NCBI GenBank assembly: GCA_963555755.3
Contig: OY820905.2
Coordinates: 3,712,001-3,776,000 of the forward strand
DNA: 64,000 nucleotides
Source of the DNA: Nitrospirales bacterium
GTDB lineage: Bacteria; Nitrospirota; Nitrospiria; Nitrospirales; UBA8639
Direction of reading: 5' to 3'
In this document: positions 31,101 through 41,969 of the stretch, piece after piece
How the letters are laid out: every line of letters starts with the position of its first letter
How positions within the stretch are numbered: position 1 is the first letter of the stretch
Notes under the pieces: generated by a model
Told to the model about the DNA's origin: nothing
Seen by the model: only the letters and a program-made list of their open reading frames with translations
Database searches by the model: none
Translations under genes and position numbers: made by a program

Positions 31101-31129
31101 CCTGAGCCCTTCGGCAGGCTCAGGACAGA
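31101..31129. repeat. REP-like repeat split by the IS110 (other half at 32631-32640)
   Basis: CCTGAGCCCTTCGGCAGGCTCAGGACAGA...GTCGAAGGGC rejoins into a CCTGAG/CTCAGG plus CCCTTCG/CGAAGGG palindromic repeat. Confidence 0.7.
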
Positions 31130-31158
31130 CTTCCTATGAGGTTGTCAAGTCCTTTTAA

Positions 31159-32382
31159 TTACGCAGTTGCTCTTAGGTATTGTTTGGTCATATTCGCCAA
31201 ATGATATTGCTCGTCGTATGGCATCTGGTGTTCCCACATGCGGAAAATGATTTTCAACCATTTGGCCCCTAAGGCCCGCAGGGCCTGGTTGTGCCGATGG
31301 CCGCGGGTGCGACACTGTTGATAATAATGCTTCGCCCACTCACTGTGTCTCAACGACTGAAAGGCCAACTGCCAAATTGCCTGCCGAAGGTGCTTGTTGC
31401 ACGCAACACGAAATCGCACGACACAACTTTTCCCACTCTGCCGTGTCAGCGGCACGGTGCCGGCCTGGGCTTGCAGATGGCTCCAGGATGCCCAGCGGCC
31501 TGGGGCATCGCCCAATTCCGCCCACAAGCGGGGAATCATCGTGCCACTAAGGCCTCCCGGCAGCGTCCGCATCCACTCAGCTGCCGGGAGGGTTCCGAAA
31601 AAACGTTCAATCTCCGTCTTGTATTCCGTCACCGCGCGGTGGGTCACCAACACCTGCGCGATCAGCACGTCCACCAATCGGGCCTTGGCCCGCACGACAT
31701 GCTCGGGCACCGGTATTTGGGGCGCTTTCAGTTGCGTCCACAACTCGGTTGTCCGTGCCGGGCCCAGCCGATGCTGGCGCGCAAACCGCTGCCACTGGCT
31801 CAGCCGTAGCGTGGTCAGGGTGGCCGGGGTCGGATAGGTTTGCAGAAAATCCAACGCCAGCTGCGTAGTCAGGTCCCCAAAGAGATCCAGCACACGGGGG
31901 TAATATTCCTTCAGCATGCTCGTGAGCTGATTGAGCATCCGCGTCTGTTGGCGCCCGAGTCGCGCATGATCGCGGGTCAGGAGTTTTAATTCTTGGGCCG
32001 CGACCGAGCTGGGCGGCAGGGGCAGGAGGTGCCCGTGATCGGTGCGCAGAAACTCCGCCAAGACCCGCGCATCAAAGGGGTCACTTTTCGAGCCACTCAT
32101 CCGAAACCGATCGCGGGCGCGATCTAAGGCTTTGGGATTCACAGGATACACGACCACGCCATGATCCAACAGATAATCCACCACGCGCCCGTCGGGTTTT
32201 TCAATGGCCGCCCACAGCTCAATGCCGGCGGCACGCCATTCATCAAGTTGTCGCCCCCAGACGCTCAGCCCCGTTGGCGTATGGGCCACCATCCCTTCCC
32301 AGACGATCGCGCCCGTCTCCTCTCGCACACACACGCCATGCTGCTCCTCGCCCCAATCCACGCCCAGGTAATACCGTGCCAT
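31159..32382 (-). CDS. IS110 DEDD recombinase/transposase
   Basis: YLGVDW, AIE and KSDPFDA (DEDD RuvC-like); QAGTVP..RQSGK serine motif; AAGGAG RBS before ATG 32382. Confidence 0.95.
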   Translation of the reverse strand: MARYYLGVDWGEEQHGVCVREETGAIVWEGMVAHTPTGLSVWGRQLDEWRAAGIELWAAIEKPDGRVVDYLLDHGVVVYPVNPKALDRARDRFRMSGSKSDPFDARVLAEFLRTDHGHLLPLPPSSVAAQELKLLTRDHARLGRQQTRMLNQLTSMLKEYYPRVLDLFGDLTTQLALDFLQTYPTPATLTTLRLSQWQRFARQHRLGPARTTELWTQLKAPQIPVPEHVVRAKARLVDVLIAQVLVTHRAVTEYKTEIERFFGTLPAAEWMRTLPGGLSGTMIPRLWAELGDAPGRWASWSHLQAQAGTVPLTRQSGKSCVVRFRVACNKHLRQAIWQLAFQSLRHSEWAKHYYQQCRTRGHRHNQALRALGAKWLKIIFRMWEHQMPYDEQYHLANMTKQYLRATA

Positions 32383-32389
32383 GAATTTC

Positions 32390-32612
32390 TCCTTTCTCGA
32401 CGCTTCCCGTAGCGCGGTGAACGACTCGTTGGCCTTATATCGGTCCTCAGGGGGACGACTTCCTATTGAACGTTGCTCGCCGTTCCTTGCCTGGGGGGGA
32501 CTGTCTGTCCTGGCTCCTTGAGAGGGAGTAGGCCTTTTGGGTCCTCGCCCCAGCAAGCGCCAGGGATGCATGATCATGAATAAAGAACAGAACGTTACCA
32601 CAAATAACTCCA
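32390..32612 (-). ncRNA. Predicted IS110 bridge RNA
   Basis: Non-coding left end contains 8-10 nt segments matching both element ends and the target flank, arranged around short hairpins (see findings). Ends are approximate. Confidence 0.75.
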
Positions 32613-32669
32613 GAGGATTATATAAGGCCTGTCGAAGGGCCTATTCTGAGTGAAGAGAATACATCTCTG

Positions 32670-34232
32670 CTAGGTCCCGTCATTATGTTGAGCCTTCAGG
32701 ATGGCCTGAGGAATACAGGCGAGCAGATCTCGCGCAATAAGGCCGGCTTGTCCTATTTTCTGTGCGGCAATGTCTCCAGCAAGCCCATGAAGAAACACTC
32801 CCGCTCTAGCTGCTTGCCAGGGTGACAGTCCTTGGGCCAACAAGCCGGTGATCATACCCGTCAACACATCACCCATTCCTGCCGTGGCCATGCCAGGATT
32901 TCCCGTAGGACAAATCGCCGCTTTCCCGTCTGGCCCTGCCACGATGGTTCGAGCACCTTTGAGCACGAGAACACAGGAGTGGGATTGGGCAAAGTCTCGC
33001 GCAATGGTCAAACGATCAGCATTGATATCCCGCGTACTCCTGTGCCCCATGAGGCGCGCCATTTCTCCAGGATGTGGGGTAAGCACGGGCGTCGAACGAC
33101 AAGTGTTGAGAAGGTCAGCATCTCCAGCGAGGGCATTGAGTGCGTCGGCATCGATGACGCAAGGACGGTCTATCTCAGCGATCAATGCCTGAATCAATTC
33201 AACCGTTTCCGGTTGAGTGGTCAAACCGGGCCCAATGCCAATGGCATCTCGCGTTTGGGCAAATTCGTGGAGCAACGGTAAAGATTTCAAAGATAAGGTG
33301 TGCTCGTGTGTCTCAGGCATCGGCGCGGTCATGGCTTCTAAGGTCTTGGCTTCGAGACAGACATTGGCACTTTCGGGTGTGGCGACGGTTACCAGACCAG
33401 TGCCAACGCGAAGCGCAGCTAGAGTCGCTAAGGCCGCGGCTCCGGTTTTTCCCGGTGAGCCGGCAATGATCCCGGCGTGGCCGAATGTCCCTTTGTGAGA
33501 AGAAGCCTTTCGGCAAGGCAGTACCTCTTGAACGGAAAGCTGAGTGATGAGAGTTGTAGACAGGTTCATGTCGTCGATGTAATTCGTGGGGATGCCGATA
33601 TCGACGTAGTGAATATCGCCAACATGGTCAATCGCAGGCCCTAAAAACAACCCGAGTTTCGGGTAGCCGAACGTGGCAGTGAGCCGCGCCTGTACGGCAG
33701 TGCCCAAGATGGCTCCCGAGTCCGTGTGAATACCGGAGGGAATATCCACCGCGATGGCCGGAAGGCCGGAGTCAGAAATGGCCTCAATGGCTGTCCGATA
33801 CTCGTCTTGAACGGGCGATGAAATACCAGTGCCCAGCAAGGCATCAACAACGAAGTCGCTGTGGCCAAGCAATTGATGGATTTTGGCTTCTGAAGGGTTG
33901 CCCCATACTTTTGAGGTGCCGGCTAATTTGGCAAACCGTTGGTACATGGTCTTGGCGTCGCCCTTGAGGTCTCGAGGGTTGGCCAAAAGGCAGACGTGAA
34001 CCTTGCATTTTTTACCACGAAGTAGCCGGGCTACCACAAAGCCATCCCCACCGTTATTCCCCTTCCCGCAAAAGATGGTCACCGTTTTCCCGCGGGGCGA
34101 GCCGAAGGTCTGTTCCAAAGCCGCAACGACACCAATCCCCGCACGTTCCATCAAAACTTTACCGGGCACACCGGCCTCGTGGATCGTCCGTCGATCGAGT
34201 TCCTGCATTTGGCTGGCGGTCACGATGTTCAT
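32670..34232 (-). CDS. nnr: Bifunctional NAD(P)H-hydrate epimerase/dehydratase
   Basis: LMERAG, GKGNNGGDG, DALLGTG, SHKGTFG, TPHPGEMARL and AGMGDVLTG motifs. Confidence 0.95.
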   Translation of the reverse strand: MNIVTASQMQELDRRTIHEAGVPGKVLMERAGIGVVAALEQTFGSPRGKTVTIFCGKGNNGGDGFVVARLLRGKKCKVHVCLLANPRDLKGDAKTMYQRFAKLAGTSKVWGNPSEAKIHQLLGHSDFVVDALLGTGISSPVQDEYRTAIEAISDSGLPAIAVDIPSGIHTDSGAILGTAVQARLTATFGYPKLGLFLGPAIDHVGDIHYVDIGIPTNYIDDMNLSTTLITQLSVQEVLPCRKASSHKGTFGHAGIIAGSPGKTGAAALATLAALRVGTGLVTVATPESANVCLEAKTLEAMTAPMPETHEHTLSLKSLPLLHEFAQTRDAIGIGPGLTTQPETVELIQALIAEIDRPCVIDADALNALAGDADLLNTCRSTPVLTPHPGEMARLMGHRSTRDINADRLTIARDFAQSHSCVLVLKGARTIVAGPDGKAAICPTGNPGMATAGMGDVLTGMITGLLAQGLSPWQAARAGVFLHGLAGDIAAQKIGQAGLIARDLLACIPQAILKAQHNDGT

Positions 34233-34240
34233 GGTTTCCT

Positions 34241-34425
34241 AAAATCCGAAATACGAATCTCGAAATCCGAAACACATCCGAAATTCGAATGGGGCCATTT
34301 TTTATCTGGGACCTCGTGTCTTCAATTCGAAATACCAAGGCTATCCTGGCAGTTTTCCCCTGTTTGGGATATGTGTAATTTGATCATTGGGATGTGTTTC
34401 GGATTTCGATATTCGAGTTTCGAAA
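34241..34425. repeat. Heptamer-periodic inverted repeat
   Basis: AAATCCG AAATACG AATCTCG AAATCCG at the left, mirrored by CGGATTT CGATATT CGAGTTT CG at the right. Confidence 0.8.
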
Positions 34426-34457
34426 TGGTTCAGCCGGTGGGTTGTAACTTCGTCGAA

Positions 34458-35189
34458 TTAAATTAGAGATGACGCCCCCAATATCAATGCTTTCATTTCT
34501 CGGACGGCCCGCTCCAGACCTACCAGGACGGCTCGGGAAATGATGCTGTGGCCGATATTAAATTCAACAATTTCTCGGATCGCGGTGAGCGCCTGAATAT
34601 TTTGGTAGGTCAGTCCATGTCCGGCGTTCACTTCCAACCCGAGTCTATGCGCCAATTGTGTTCCTTCAAGAATGGCATCAAATTCTTTATTGATGTCCTG
34701 GGGTTGCCGACTATTGGCATAGCGTCCGGTATGCAATTCAATGGCATCAGCCCCAACTTTTTGGGCAGCTCGTATTTGACGAGGATCGGGGTCAATGAAC
34801 AGACTGACCGGAATTTGAGCATCATGAAAGGTATGGATTAAGGCCTTGATACGCTCGCGATGCTCGGTCACCGCTAGTCCGCCTTCCGTCGTGAGTTCTT
34901 GGCGTCGTTCCGGGACCAGCGTGACTTTATCGGGCCGGACTTGAAGTGCGATTTTGGTTACAGATTCCTCCACAGCCATTTCCAAATTTAACGAGTTGGG
35001 GACGGTCTCTCGAAGAAGTTTGAGATCGCGATCTTGAATATGGCGGCGGTCCTCACGAAGATGGATCACAATGCCATCTGCCCCACCAAGATCTACCAAG
35101 ACAGCAGCAGCAACGGGATCGGGTTCATGACCGCCCCGTGCCTGTCGCAGCGTCGCCACATGATCGACGTTGACGCCTAGCCTAACCAT
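34458..35189 (-). CDS. pdxJ: Pyridoxine 5'-phosphate synthase
   Basis: [32 protein letters not shown] and NIGHS motifs. Confidence 0.98.
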   Translation of the reverse strand: MVRLGVNVDHVATLRQARGGHEPDPVAAAVLVDLGGADGIVIHLREDRRHIQDRDLKLLRETVPNSLNLEMAVEESVTKIALQVRPDKVTLVPERRQELTTEGGLAVTEHRERIKALIHTFHDAQIPVSLFIDPDPRQIRAAQKVGADAIELHTGRYANSRQPQDINKEFDAILEGTQLAHRLGLEVNAGHGLTYQNIQALTAIREIVEFNIGHSIISRAVLVGLERAVREMKALILGASSLI

Positions 35190-35435
35190 GCCAATCCTCT
35201 TTCCAGGGAATGCTTAATTTTCCTTGTTTCGACGAGGGTGGCATTATGGCAAATTGCCCAGGGGGTCGCAATCAATCAACCCCTTGCTGTAACCCAAAAT
35301 ACGTATATGATAAAGAGTGGTGGGATATTCGAAAACCGTTGGGAAAACACAGACTTTGATTGACTGGTTTTGAACCCTCTACTACAATAGTCGGATTCTC
35401 TACAAATAGAGAGCCTAATTAGGCAAATACCCTAA

Positions 35436-35722
35436 GAACCAGTCCGAGATTAGGGATCGTTGCGAGGGGGTACTGGGTTGAGTCAGATATTTCGATCGTT
35501 TGAGGCGAATAGTGAGGCTATTTAACGAAAACGGGGATTGTTCAAAAAGGCTGTCCAGCAAGGCCGCAGGGCTTTTGGCGCGCGGAGCGTACACGGAGTA
35601 CGTGAGCACGCCAAAAGCCCGAGAACGCGGCTGGCGGCCTTTTTCAACATTCCCCGAAAAAGATCGGAAGATCTGGCCAAGTCCAGCGCATTCGCAGTAG
35701 ATCCCTCATCTCGGACGGGCTC
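35436..35722. mobile_element. Family F element with family G (35532-35656) nested
   Basis: F body interrupted at AACG-AAAA by a 125-bp CGGGG...CCCCG element with an AAAA duplication. Confidence 0.85.
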
Positions 35723-35754
35723 ACAGATTTTCAAGGAAGGTCATACGCGTACGT

Positions 35755-36939
35755 ATGGAAAATTTCTTTCGCATTCAGCGGCTCCCGCCTTATGTGTTTG
35801 GTCAAGTTCAAGCACTGAAAATGGAAGCGCGTCAACAGGGCGAGGACATCATTGATCTGGGGATGGGAAATCCTGATCAAGCGACCCCGCCGCATATTGT
35901 CGAGAAATTGATTGAAGCCGCTCGAAAAGGTAAAAATCATCGCTATTCCGCGTCTCGTGGAATCACCAAGTTACGCCATGCGATTTGTGATTGGTACGGT
36001 CGGCAGTACGATGTGGACTTAGATCCCGAAACCGAAACCATTGTCACGCTTGGCGTGAAAGAAGGTCTATCGCATTTGTTGTTGGCGATGGTGGGACCAG
36101 GTGATGTGGTGTTGACGCCAACCCCGACGTATCCGATTCACATGTATGGAGTCATTATTGCCGGCGGTGAAGTCCGTGGAGTGGCCCTTGGCCCACAAGA
36201 AAATTTTTTCGAAAACCTCACACGTGCCTATCGACAGAGTCAACCACGTCCGCGCGTTTTGATTATGAGTTTTCCGCATAATCCCACGACCAGTGTGGTG
36301 GATCTTGAGTTTTTCAAAAAGGTCGTGGACTTTGCTCGCGAGCATCATGTCTACGTGATTCATGATTTAGCCTACGCTGATATCGTGTTTGACGGGTATC
36401 GGGCTCCCAGTTTATTGCAGGTGCCAGAGGCCAAAGAAATTGGTGTTGAGTTTTTTTCCTTGTCCAAGAGTTACAACATGCCCGGGTGGCGAGTGGGTTT
36501 TTGTGTGGGCAATAAAGACATCATTGGCATCCTGACAAAGATCAAAAGCTACCTTGATTACGGCATGTTCCAACCCGTACAAATTGCGAGCATCATTGCG
36601 CTGAACGGACCGCAGGATTGCGTGAAGTCCATCGTTGGCAGATATGAACGCCGACGCAATGTCTTGGTCTCGGGCCTGAATCGCGTGGGTTGGGCCGTGG
36701 ATTATCCACGAGCCACCATGTTCGTGTGGGCACGAATCCCTCCGGCCTATGCGGGAATGGGCTCAATAGAGTTTTCAAAGTTTTTACTCCGTGAAGGAAA
36801 AGTGGCCGTCTCTCCAGGCATTGGCTTTGGAGATGGCGGGGATGATTACGTGCGGTTTGCCCTCGTGGAAAATGAACATCGCATTCAACAAGCCGTTCGG
36901 GGAATCAAAGCGGCGCTCAAAATTCAAACACCGTCATGA
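35755..36939 (+). CDS. Class I/II PLP aminotransferase (AlaC-like)
   Basis: [24 protein letters not shown] and [14 protein letters not shown] motifs. Confidence 0.9.
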   Translation: MENFFRIQRLPPYVFGQVQALKMEARQQGEDIIDLGMGNPDQATPPHIVEKLIEAARKGKNHRYSASRGITKLRHAICDWYGRQYDVDLDPETETIVTLGVKEGLSHLLLAMVGPGDVVLTPTPTYPIHMYGVIIAGGEVRGVALGPQENFFENLTRAYRQSQPRPRVLIMSFPHNPTTSVVDLEFFKKVVDFAREHHVYVIHDLAYADIVFDGYRAPSLLQVPEAKEIGVEFFSLSKSYNMPGWRVGFCVGNKDIIGILTKIKSYLDYGMFQPVQIASIIALNGPQDCVKSIVGRYERRRNVLVSGLNRVGWAVDYPRATMFVWARIPPAYAGMGSIEFSKFLLREGKVAVSPGIGFGDGGDDYVRFALVENEHRIQQAVRGIKAALKIQTPS

Positions 36940-38252
36940 AATCATGTATCGACATTGGCTTGGTCGGATTAGGAACCGTGGGGACGGGGACGGCCAAAAT
37001 TTTGCTCGAAAACCGAGACCTGATTGCTCGTCGGGTTGGCGTTCCACTTGAACTCAAACGGATCGTGGATTTGGATGTGACCACGGATCGGGGCATTGCG
37101 CTTCCCGATGGCCTGCTCACTGCCGATCTCCCAGGCCTGCTCAATGATCCCACGATTGATATTATCATTGAACTCATCGGCGGGTATGACACGGCGAAAC
37201 GCATCATGCTCGATGCGATGGCCCAAGGCAAGCATGTCGTGACCGCGAACAAAGCGCTCCTTGCGGTTCATGGAGAAGATGTGTTTACCGCAGCGGCTCG
37301 CGCTGGTTTGGATGTTGGGTTTGAGGCGAGCGTGGGTGGCGGCATTCCCATCATCCGTGCACTGAATGAAGGGTTGGCCGCTAATCGATTGGCGTCCATC
37401 GTGGGTATTCTCAATGGTACCGCGAATTATATCCTCACGAAAATGCTCAGGGAACAGCAGGAATTCGAAGAAGCTCTGGCTCAAGCGCAAGCCGCGGGAT
37501 ATGCAGAGGCAGATCCCACGTTCGATATTCAAGGCATTGATTCTCTCCACAAATTAGCCATCATGGTGAATTTGGCTTATGGGACACCCGTGAATGTGAA
37601 GGACGTGTTTACGGAGGGCATTCAGCATGTCACGGCGTTGGACATTCAGTATGCGTCAGAACTGGGAATGGTCGTGAAATTATTGGGGATTGCCAAGCTT
37701 CATGACGGAGAAGTGGAGGCGCGTGTTCATCCAGCTCTTATTGACAAAGATTCGCCATTGGCTCAAGTCCATGGTGTGTATAACGCGATTCATATCGTCG
37801 GGGACGCGGTTGGGGACGTCATGTTGTATGGACAGGGAGCTGGAGCCCTGCCGACAGGGAGTGCCGTGGTCAGTGATGTGATTAGTATCGCACGGAACAT
37901 TCAACGGCAGGCCTGTGGGCGTGTGCCGCCGACATCGTTTCCGCTAGACCAGCGAGTTCCGATTCGAATTCGACCGATGGAAGAATTGACCACGCGATAT
38001 TATTTACGCTGCATGGTTCTGGATCGTCCTGGTGTGCTTTCGCAAATTGCGGGTGTGTTGGGCAATCATGGCATCAGCATTATGTCGGTGCTCCAGCAGG
38101 GTCGTCATGAAGCTCAAGCTGTTCCCTTAGTCATTATGACGCATCGGGCCTCTGAGCGATCCGTTCAGACTGCGCTAAAGGAGATCAATACGATGTCCTC
38201 CGTCGTGTCTCAATCCACCACACTCATTCGCGTTGAAGATGAAGAACGATGA
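36936..38252 (+). CDS. hom: Homoserine dehydrogenase (with ACT domain)
   Basis: [22 protein letters not shown] and GYAEADPT motifs. Confidence 0.97.
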   Translation: MKSCIDIGLVGLGTVGTGTAKILLENRDLIARRVGVPLELKRIVDLDVTTDRGIALPDGLLTADLPGLLNDPTIDIIIELIGGYDTAKRIMLDAMAQGKHVVTANKALLAVHGEDVFTAAARAGLDVGFEASVGGGIPIIRALNEGLAANRLASIVGILNGTANYILTKMLREQQEFEEALAQAQAAGYAEADPTFDIQGIDSLHKLAIMVNLAYGTPVNVKDVFTEGIQHVTALDIQYASELGMVVKLLGIAKLHDGEVEARVHPALIDKDSPLAQVHGVYNAIHIVGDAVGDVMLYGQGAGALPTGSAVVSDVISIARNIQRQACGRVPPTSFPLDQRVPIRIRPMEELTTRYYLRCMVLDRPGVLSQIAGVLGNHGISIMSVLQQGRHEAQAVPLVIMTHRASERSVQTALKEINTMSSVVSQSTTLIRVEDEER

Positions 38253-38328
38253 GGTGGTGTGACCATATGAACCGGAGTCGAGTGCTGGTCCTGATGAAGA
38301 CATTTCAATTCTTTCTCAGTCATGGAGT

Positions 38329-39393
38329 GTGGCGATGATCCCGTGGCGCGGCGTCATTGAAGAATTTCGTAAATTTCTTCCTGTGTCGGAGCACACGCCT
38401 ATCATCAGTTTGTGCGAAGGTAATACGCCATTGATTCGAGCGGATCGTTTGGCCAAGAAGGTGTGTCCACAGGTGGAGTTGTATTTGAAGATCGAGGGTG
38501 CGAATCCGACCGGATCGTTTAAAGATCGTGGAATGACCCTTGCCGTTTCCAAGGCCATGGAAAAACAGGTGCGGGCGATCATGTGCGCCTCGACAGGGAA
38601 TACGTCTGCCGCTGCCGCAGCGTACGGAGGCAAAGCCGGGTTGCCGGTTTATGTACTCGTTCCTGCGGGAAACATTGCTCTCGGGAAGTTAGCCCAGGCC
38701 ATGGTGCATGGAGCCATTGTGTTTCAAATTGAAGGAAATTTCGACCAAGCGCTGACGATTGTTCGTGAACTCTGTGCCGACGATGAGTTCGAACTCGTGA
38801 ACTCCCTGAATCCGTTTCGATTGGAAGGCCAAAAGACTGCGGCAATGGAAGTGTGCCATCAACTTGGGAGAGCCCCGACGTTTCATTTTCTCCCGGTCGG
38901 CAATGCCGGAAATATTTCCGCCTATTGGAAAGGATACCGTGAATACCACAGGGCTGGACAAATTCATCAGCTGCCTAAGATGATGGGTTTTCAGGCTGAA
39001 GGCGCCGCCCCTATCGTTCGCGGTCATGTGATTGAAGATCCACAAACGGTGGCCACGGCGATTCGGATAGGAAACCCTGCGAGTTGGAAGCTTGCCCTCC
39101 AAGCGGTGGCTGAATCTTCAGGAAAGATTGATATTGTCACCGATGAGGACATATTGACTGCCTATCGTATTCTGGCAAAGGAAGAAGGGGTGTTTTGTGA
39201 ACCTGCTTCAGCTGCTTCCGTGGCTGGGGTTACCAAGTATAGCCAAGCCGGGCTGTTGCCCGAAGGCACTACTGTGGTGTGTACATTAACCGGACATGGA
39301 TTAAAGGATCCGGATATTGCCGTCGAAATCTCGCCCCGCCCCCGTACGGTCAAAGCAACACGGGAAGACGTGTTAGCATTGTTACGAGCTTAA
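38329..39393 (+). CDS. thrC: Threonine synthase
   Basis: EGNTPL, NPTGSFKDRG, CASTGNTS and PVGNAGN motifs. Confidence 0.97.
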   Translation: MAMIPWRGVIEEFRKFLPVSEHTPIISLCEGNTPLIRADRLAKKVCPQVELYLKIEGANPTGSFKDRGMTLAVSKAMEKQVRAIMCASTGNTSAAAAAYGGKAGLPVYVLVPAGNIALGKLAQAMVHGAIVFQIEGNFDQALTIVRELCADDEFELVNSLNPFRLEGQKTAAMEVCHQLGRAPTFHFLPVGNAGNISAYWKGYREYHRAGQIHQLPKMMGFQAEGAAPIVRGHVIEDPQTVATAIRIGNPASWKLALQAVAESSGKIDIVTDEDILTAYRILAKEEGVFCEPASAASVAGVTKYSQAGLLPEGTTVVCTLTGHGLKDPDIAVEISPRPRTVKATREDVLALLRA

Positions 39394-39451
39394 AGGATCC
39401 AACCTTCGTTAACGATTCCGTTCCCCATAGCCCAACATCTGAGAACCCAAC

Positions 39452-40687
39452 ATGAAAACAATCATTCTTCAAGGCGATGGCATCGCCGATCTTCCCACCT
39501 CCGAGCTTGGTAATCGAACTCCATTGCAAGTTGCGTCCACCCCCTCACTTGATTTCTTGGCTTCACACGGTGAATTTGGGTCGTTGACGTTGCCGGGCAC
39601 AGCACGGTCGCTCACCGGAGATGTGACGCACTTGGCCCTGTTGGGCTATGATCCAAAAAAGTATTATTCCGGTCCCGGTCCCTTGGCCGGTGCTGGTCTC
39701 GAAGTCGTGTTGGGCCAACAGGATGTCGCGTTTATCTGTAATATTGTCACCCTGGGAACGGCTCCTGGCCATGTGGAGGGGAATAAACTGGATGCCCACG
39801 TCGTGTTGGAAGATGATACAGCGGAAGACATTCGTACGGAGGATGCGCGTGAACTGATTGATATGGCCAATGAGCAACTTGGCTCGGAATCCATCCAATT
39901 TTATGCGGGCACAGGGTGCCGGCATTTGATGGTGTGGGTGGGGGGAGTCTCGAGGATGACCTGTCATGATCCGCATTTTGCCGTTGGTCAAGGCGTCAGC
40001 ACGTTCCTCCCTCAAGGGGATCAGGCTAATGTGCTCAAGGAATTAATGGAAGCGTCGCGGGTCATTCTGCGGAACCATCCTGTCAATCAGGGCCGAGTTG
40101 AAGCGGGCCTCAAACCAGGAAATGGTTTGTGGTTGTGGGGGCCGGGTAAGCCCATTGAATTGCCCTCATTCAAAGATCGATTTGGGATCTTAGGCGTGAC
40201 GCTGTCGAATTCCGATTTACATCTTGGCATCAGCCGTTGTGCGGGAATGAAAGGCCTCAATGTGGATACGGAAGGCGATTCCTCCCGCAGTGTCTTTGAA
40301 GCGTATGCTGACGTCGTGGTGAAGCTGATCGATCAAGTTCCATTGGTTTACATTCATGTTCAAGAACAACCGGATATTAGGGAAGGATATCCTAGGGAAA
40401 AGGTCACTCGGTTGGAGCAGTTCGATCAGGAATTAGTGGGACCACTGATGAAGCATGCGCAGCAAGCTGGAGATTGTCGAGTCTTGGTGGTCTGTAATCG
40501 GTGGGGAGGCGGTCGTGACGAACAGGCTGGAACGCCCTCGACCCCCTTTGTGTTGTATGAGAGTGGTACATCTCAAGAGAAAAATACCCAGAGGCAATTC
40601 AATGAAGTGGAGGCTCAGAAATCGCCTGTTGGGACGAAAGATGCCACACGATTCATGAATGGGTTCTTTGCAAAGCCTCCACGATAA
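39452..40687 (+). CDS. ApgM-like (cofactor-independent phosphoglycerate mutase family) protein with degenerate active site
   Basis: GDGIAD...LGNRTPLQVA.TP.LD, LLGYDP, RHLMVW, HPVN..R and WLWGPG motifs. Confidence 0.85.
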   Translation: MKTIILQGDGIADLPTSELGNRTPLQVASTPSLDFLASHGEFGSLTLPGTARSLTGDVTHLALLGYDPKKYYSGPGPLAGAGLEVVLGQQDVAFICNIVTLGTAPGHVEGNKLDAHVVLEDDTAEDIRTEDARELIDMANEQLGSESIQFYAGTGCRHLMVWVGGVSRMTCHDPHFAVGQGVSTFLPQGDQANVLKELMEASRVILRNHPVNQGRVEAGLKPGNGLWLWGPGKPIELPSFKDRFGILGVTLSNSDLHLGISRCAGMKGLNVDTEGDSSRSVFEAYADVVVKLIDQVPLVYIHVQEQPDIREGYPREKVTRLEQFDQELVGPLMKHAQQAGDCRVLVVCNRWGGGRDEQAGTPSTPFVLYESGTSQEKNTQRQFNEVEAQKSPVGTKDATRFMNGFFAKPPR

Positions 40688-41928
40688 TGGCGCTATTTGT
40701 CCAAAAATTTGGTGGGACCTCAGTTGGTGATCTCGAACGTATTCATCGGGTCGCCCAACGGATTGAAGAAACCATACGAGCCGGTCATCAAGTCGTGGTT
40801 GTGCTTTCCGCGATGAGTGGAGAAACCGACCGATTGATGCGACTGGCTCACGAAGTCACCTCGCATCCAGATGATCGTGAACTGGACGTCTTGCTCTCTT
40901 CTGGAGAGAGGGTCACGATTGCCCTCTTGGCCATGGCGCTTTGTGGTCGAGGGATCAATGCGCGTTCTTTTACCGGGCGTCAGGTGGGGATCGTCACGAA
41001 CAGTTCTCATACCCGTGCCCGCATCGAGAAAATCATGGCGTCTCCGGTTCGCCAAGCTCTAGCGGAAGGCGTGGTCCCAGTCGTCGCAGGGTTTCAGGGA
41101 GTGAATGAGCGTTCCGAGGTGACCACCTTAGGTCGCGGAGGATCTGACCTTACAGCGGTTGCCCTGGCGGCCTCGTTGAAAGCCGATCGATGTATGATTT
41201 TTACGGATGTGGATGGTGTGTATACGGCTGACCCTAAGGTTGTGCCGTCAGCCAGAAAAATTCACAAGTTATCGTATGAAGAGATGCTGGAGTTAGCCAG
41301 TCTGGGGGCCAATGTTCTTCAATCCCGATCAGTTGAATTTGCGGCGAAATACGGTGTTCCAGTAGAAGTAAAATCAAGCTTCCAGGAGGGGGAAGGTACA
41401 CTCGTGACACATGAAGATGCAGATATGGAACGGGCCGTTGTTTCAGGCGTGGCCGGTGATCGTAACCAAGCCAAAATCACCGTTGTTGGAGTGCCTGACC
41501 GGCCTGGGATTGCCGCGGATCTCTTTAGCGCCGTGGCAGGTGCATCAATTTCCGTGGATATGATTATTCAGAACGTGAGTCAGGGGTCCTTAGCCGATAT
41601 TTCGTTTACCGTGCCTCGTACGGATTTACCTCGGGCGTTGCCGATGATGGAGAAGGCCAAAATCGAACTTGGTGCGCAGACCATTGAAGTCAAGGATGAA
41701 ATTGCCAAAGTGTCGATTGTCGGTGTGGGGATGCGATCGCATTCGGGCGTGGCCTCTCGTATGTTTCAGGCCCTCTCCAGAGAAGGGATCAATATCCTGA
41801 TGATTAGCACCTCCGAAATAAAAATTTCCTGTGTGCTGGATGAACGAGATCTTGATTCTGCAATTAATGCCTTGCATCAAGAATTTGCTCTTGATGTTGA
41901 CGAATCACCTGGAACTTCGAAACAATAG
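40687..41928 (+). CDS. lysC: Aspartate kinase
   Basis: VQKFGGTSV, TTLGRGGSD and TDVDGVYTADP motifs; two ACT domains. Confidence 0.97.
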   Translation: MALFVQKFGGTSVGDLERIHRVAQRIEETIRAGHQVVVVLSAMSGETDRLMRLAHEVTSHPDDRELDVLLSSGERVTIALLAMALCGRGINARSFTGRQVGIVTNSSHTRARIEKIMASPVRQALAEGVVPVVAGFQGVNERSEVTTLGRGGSDLTAVALAASLKADRCMIFTDVDGVYTADPKVVPSARKIHKLSYEEMLELASLGANVLQSRSVEFAAKYGVPVEVKSSFQEGEGTLVTHEDADMERAVVSGVAGDRNQAKITVVGVPDRPGIAADLFSAVAGASISVDMIIQNVSQGSLADISFTVPRTDLPRALPMMEKAKIELGAQTIEVKDEIAKVSIVGVGMRSHSGVASRMFQALSREGINILMISTSEIKISCVLDERDLDSAINALHQEFALDVDESPGTSKQ

Positions 41929-41969
41929 AGGGCTGGACAGAGTGCATTCGTCCAAAGAGGGATACCATC

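Larger units (their letters stand above)
31130..32630 (-). mobile_element. IS110-family element
   Basis: No TIRs; CT dinucleotide at both boundaries (31130-31131, 32629-32630); TTGACA near the right end and TATAAT near the left end on the minus strand. Confidence 0.85.

Noticed and set aside
32383..32601. N-terminal extension of the IS110 transposase
   Set aside because: The DEDD domain starts at ATG 32382 with an RBS; the upstream region fits a bridge RNA.
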